A stretch of DNA of 64,000 nucleotides from Trichoplax adhaerens (lineage: Eukaryota > Animalia > Placozoa): positions 4,112,008-4,176,007 of the forward strand of contig NW_002060943.1 in the NCBI RefSeq assembly GCF_000150275.1, read 5' to 3'. Under the pieces are notes generated by a model, which had not been told where the DNA came from, made no database searches, and worked only from the letters and a program-made list of their open reading frames with translations. Position 1 is the stretch's first letter. Each line of letters begins with the position of its first letter. This document shows, one piece after another, positions 61,672-64,000 of this stretch. The translations under genes and the position numbers were made by a program.

Positions 61672-63876
61672 ATGTCCTTCAAGCTTGTTGGTGACAATTT
61701 TACTCAACAGAGAGTTCTCAAGGTACAGAATCAATGTTATTAAACTCTAGTACAAGAGGTAGACATTTTACTCAAGTTAAATACGTAAACAAGATCCTCA
61801 ATGCTTTACTAAATAAACGTTTGCTTGCTACTTGCAAGAAACCCAACATCCACTTGTTGTTGTTGTACAACATAGATATATATAGGTATCTTTGTAGTCT
61901 AGCTATATAGAATCGAGTATTATCATATGGATAACTTATACCTCACTATACAGTAAGATGCTCACTTTTTCTTCATGGATAGTTGCATATCGATATGATA
62001 TGGGTACAAGGCTAGGATTGCAATCAATATTATTATTAAACAGGCACTTGTCATGCCTAGTCTATTATTTAGTCTAACGTACAGTCTAGTACTGCACATT
62101 ACTACACTGTCAATCCGAAGTTTCTCACTTCAATGCACTATATATTCAATATATACAGAAACGTCGAGTAACGGAACTCCTGGCAAATAGCATAGATGAA
62201 GATGAGGCTCAACTCACAAAGAATGGACGGTATTGTTCTGTTGATGGAAATCTTGATCATTAACTGTTGATTAGCCAGTATAGTGTGCGTCTTACATAAG
62301 AATTGGGCAAGAAATGATTAATTGGAAAAATTCTATTTCATCATCTACAATCAATGGTTATACCAGTTTTTGAATGATATGAATTGCAACATACAGCATA
62401 TTCAATAATGATACTTTATAATGTGATAGACTGTATATCTTCCAAGTTCATGAGATCTTTTTATTAATACAACATATCAGCTCCAATCTTGCATACAGCT
62501 TGAATTACATATACGTATATAGTTATATACTGTACTTCACTCTCTTTCTTTATACAGATATACTATATATTGATATACTCTACCGTATATATACTTTAAG
62601 CTCTCATATCTTTAAGTAATACAATAATGATTACTTCTAGCTATTCCAAGTATTCCATTTTTGCATTGCATACACCTAATTTCATGTTAAAATATAAATG
62701 ACCGGAATTATAAAAAGTATTAGCAAAATGTAGTAGTGTTTTTATATATCTTAAACAAAAATTAATTTTTATTTGTAGTAATACTACGTATGATAGATGA
62801 GCATCCTAAAATATGACTCTGGTGCTATTGGCTCTGAATATCGCATAAGTAATAAATATATATATATAATTTCTTATCATCTAGCTATGTTTGCCTAGTA
62901 TGCAGCAAACATCCAGTATTTGATACGATTGAAATGCTCTGTGTGCACAGAAAAGGCAAAAAACATGCTCACTGTAAGTATTGAAATTACGTGATAGTAG
63001 TACTGTATAGGCCAGTATTGTACGCGCGCTTTGTAACTTATTGCTTTCCGTGTCGTCATGATATAAATAATATTTATTTAAACTTCTTATCGATAGGGTC
63101 TGCTAAGCAACTTGATAAGAAAAAAGAGATTTTAGAATTATTAGAAAAGAGGCAGCAGGTGGAACCTGTAAGTATGTAGGGCATCATTAGATTAACGGTA
63201 GATCCCAGTGGTTAACATGCTATACATTAAAGCTTAAACTTTTATTTGAAGAAGAGGATGACGAAAAATGGAATCCTTCAATTTTTCGTGACATTTCATC
63301 ATTATTAATAGAGTTAAGATGATTGAGATTGATAACTTAGTAATATTTGTCGAAGTAATTTACTTATTGTTTAGGTGATTTATAACTCTTGCGTTGAGAT
63401 CTGTCAATTTTCGTAGCCGTTAACTATGTACATTAATAGTATTTCCAGTTCTATCTAAGTGATAGAAATAAAGCTAAATTTCTCGTACTTTAGTAGTTTA
63501 TGGAATATTTTCTAATTAAATCCGTTGATATTTCGCATTAATTGAGGCCAATTACATCAATAATTTTGTATTAGGAAACGCTTGCAACAGCATCTAATGC
63601 TACCTCAGTAGACCCTCTCTTGCGGGATTCTCGGAAAAAAACCATACATGCATTATTGACTGCGACGCCTTATAACCCATGTGTAAAGCCACGAAATGCC
63701 GTAAGCATTTTTCAACCGTTAAAGAGAAAACGTGACGAAAATCCACGGTGTAGTACTGATGAAAGTTCTAAGAACAATGAAGGTACATGTATCTCGAAAA
63801 GTAACGAAAAAAATAAAGAAAAGAAAGTCTACGTATTTCCACCCAAACATACGAAATTAAAAAATGATGGAAACAA
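61672..63876 (+). CDS. SCNM1: Sodium channel modifier 1 (U1C-like C2H2 zinc finger, minor-spliceosome factor); 3' part lies beyond the window
   Basis: MSFKLVGDNFTQQRVLK|KRRVTELLANSIDEDEAQLTKNGR|YVCLVCSKHPVFDTIEMLCVHRKGKKH, matching the SCNM1 N-terminus and zinc finger; later exon PLLRDSRKKTIHALLTATPYNPC. Confidence 0.9.
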
Positions 63877-64000
63877 GTAAGTTGCCGTTATATCCTTGTA
63901 TTTATTGATTTAGTTAGTCTAGGATCAATATAGTCTATAGAATAATAAATACCGTCATCGTAGAGTATCTTTTCACTAGAGGACTTATATTAATACTTTA

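Noticed and set aside
63890-63897. ATATCCTT (U12-type donor consensus) just downstream of an SCNM1 donor, tempting as minor-spliceosome feedback
   Set aside because: It is a single AT-rich 8-mer expected by chance in 64 kb; known U11-binding enhancers are tandem; downstream context lies outside the window

Overview
This is AT-rich, compact, intron-dense eukaryotic DNA with an animal gene set. Introns are short GT-AG, mostly 70-300 nt. The source is probably an early-branching metazoan such as a placozoan; this is inference from composition and gene content. I reconstructed 14 protein-coding genes by hand splicing: a triple CUE-like/SAH repeat protein (+), GTPBP6/HflX (-), RPL32 (+), a membrane-anchored JmjC oxygenase (-), a LYR-motif protein (+), a NEK kinase (-), an sFRP-like CRD-TSP1-NTR protein (-), an orphan multi-exon gene (+), Pur-alpha (+), TIPIN (-), U1A/U2B''/SNF (+), VPS26 (-), UAP1 (+) and RPL12 (-). 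SCNM1 (+) is a fifteenth, truncated by the window end. There is a 50-N gap at 28950-28999. I saw no rRNA, tRNA, CRISPR array or intact transposase. The strongest finding is a probable autoregulatory circuit at the U1A/SNF gene: its 3'UTR carries two (possibly three) mimics of U1 snRNA stem-loop II, and the protein keeps the REKRKP peptide that human U1A uses to inhibit poly(A) polymerase. Other highlights are an sFRP with a shuffled-in TSP1 exon and paired loss of one CRD disulfide, a CUE-SAH 'ruler' protein built from a duplicated four-exon module, (TACAG/CTGTA)n arrays marking all five head-to-head promoters, and a dispersed CATGGACTACTAG inverted-repeat element family.
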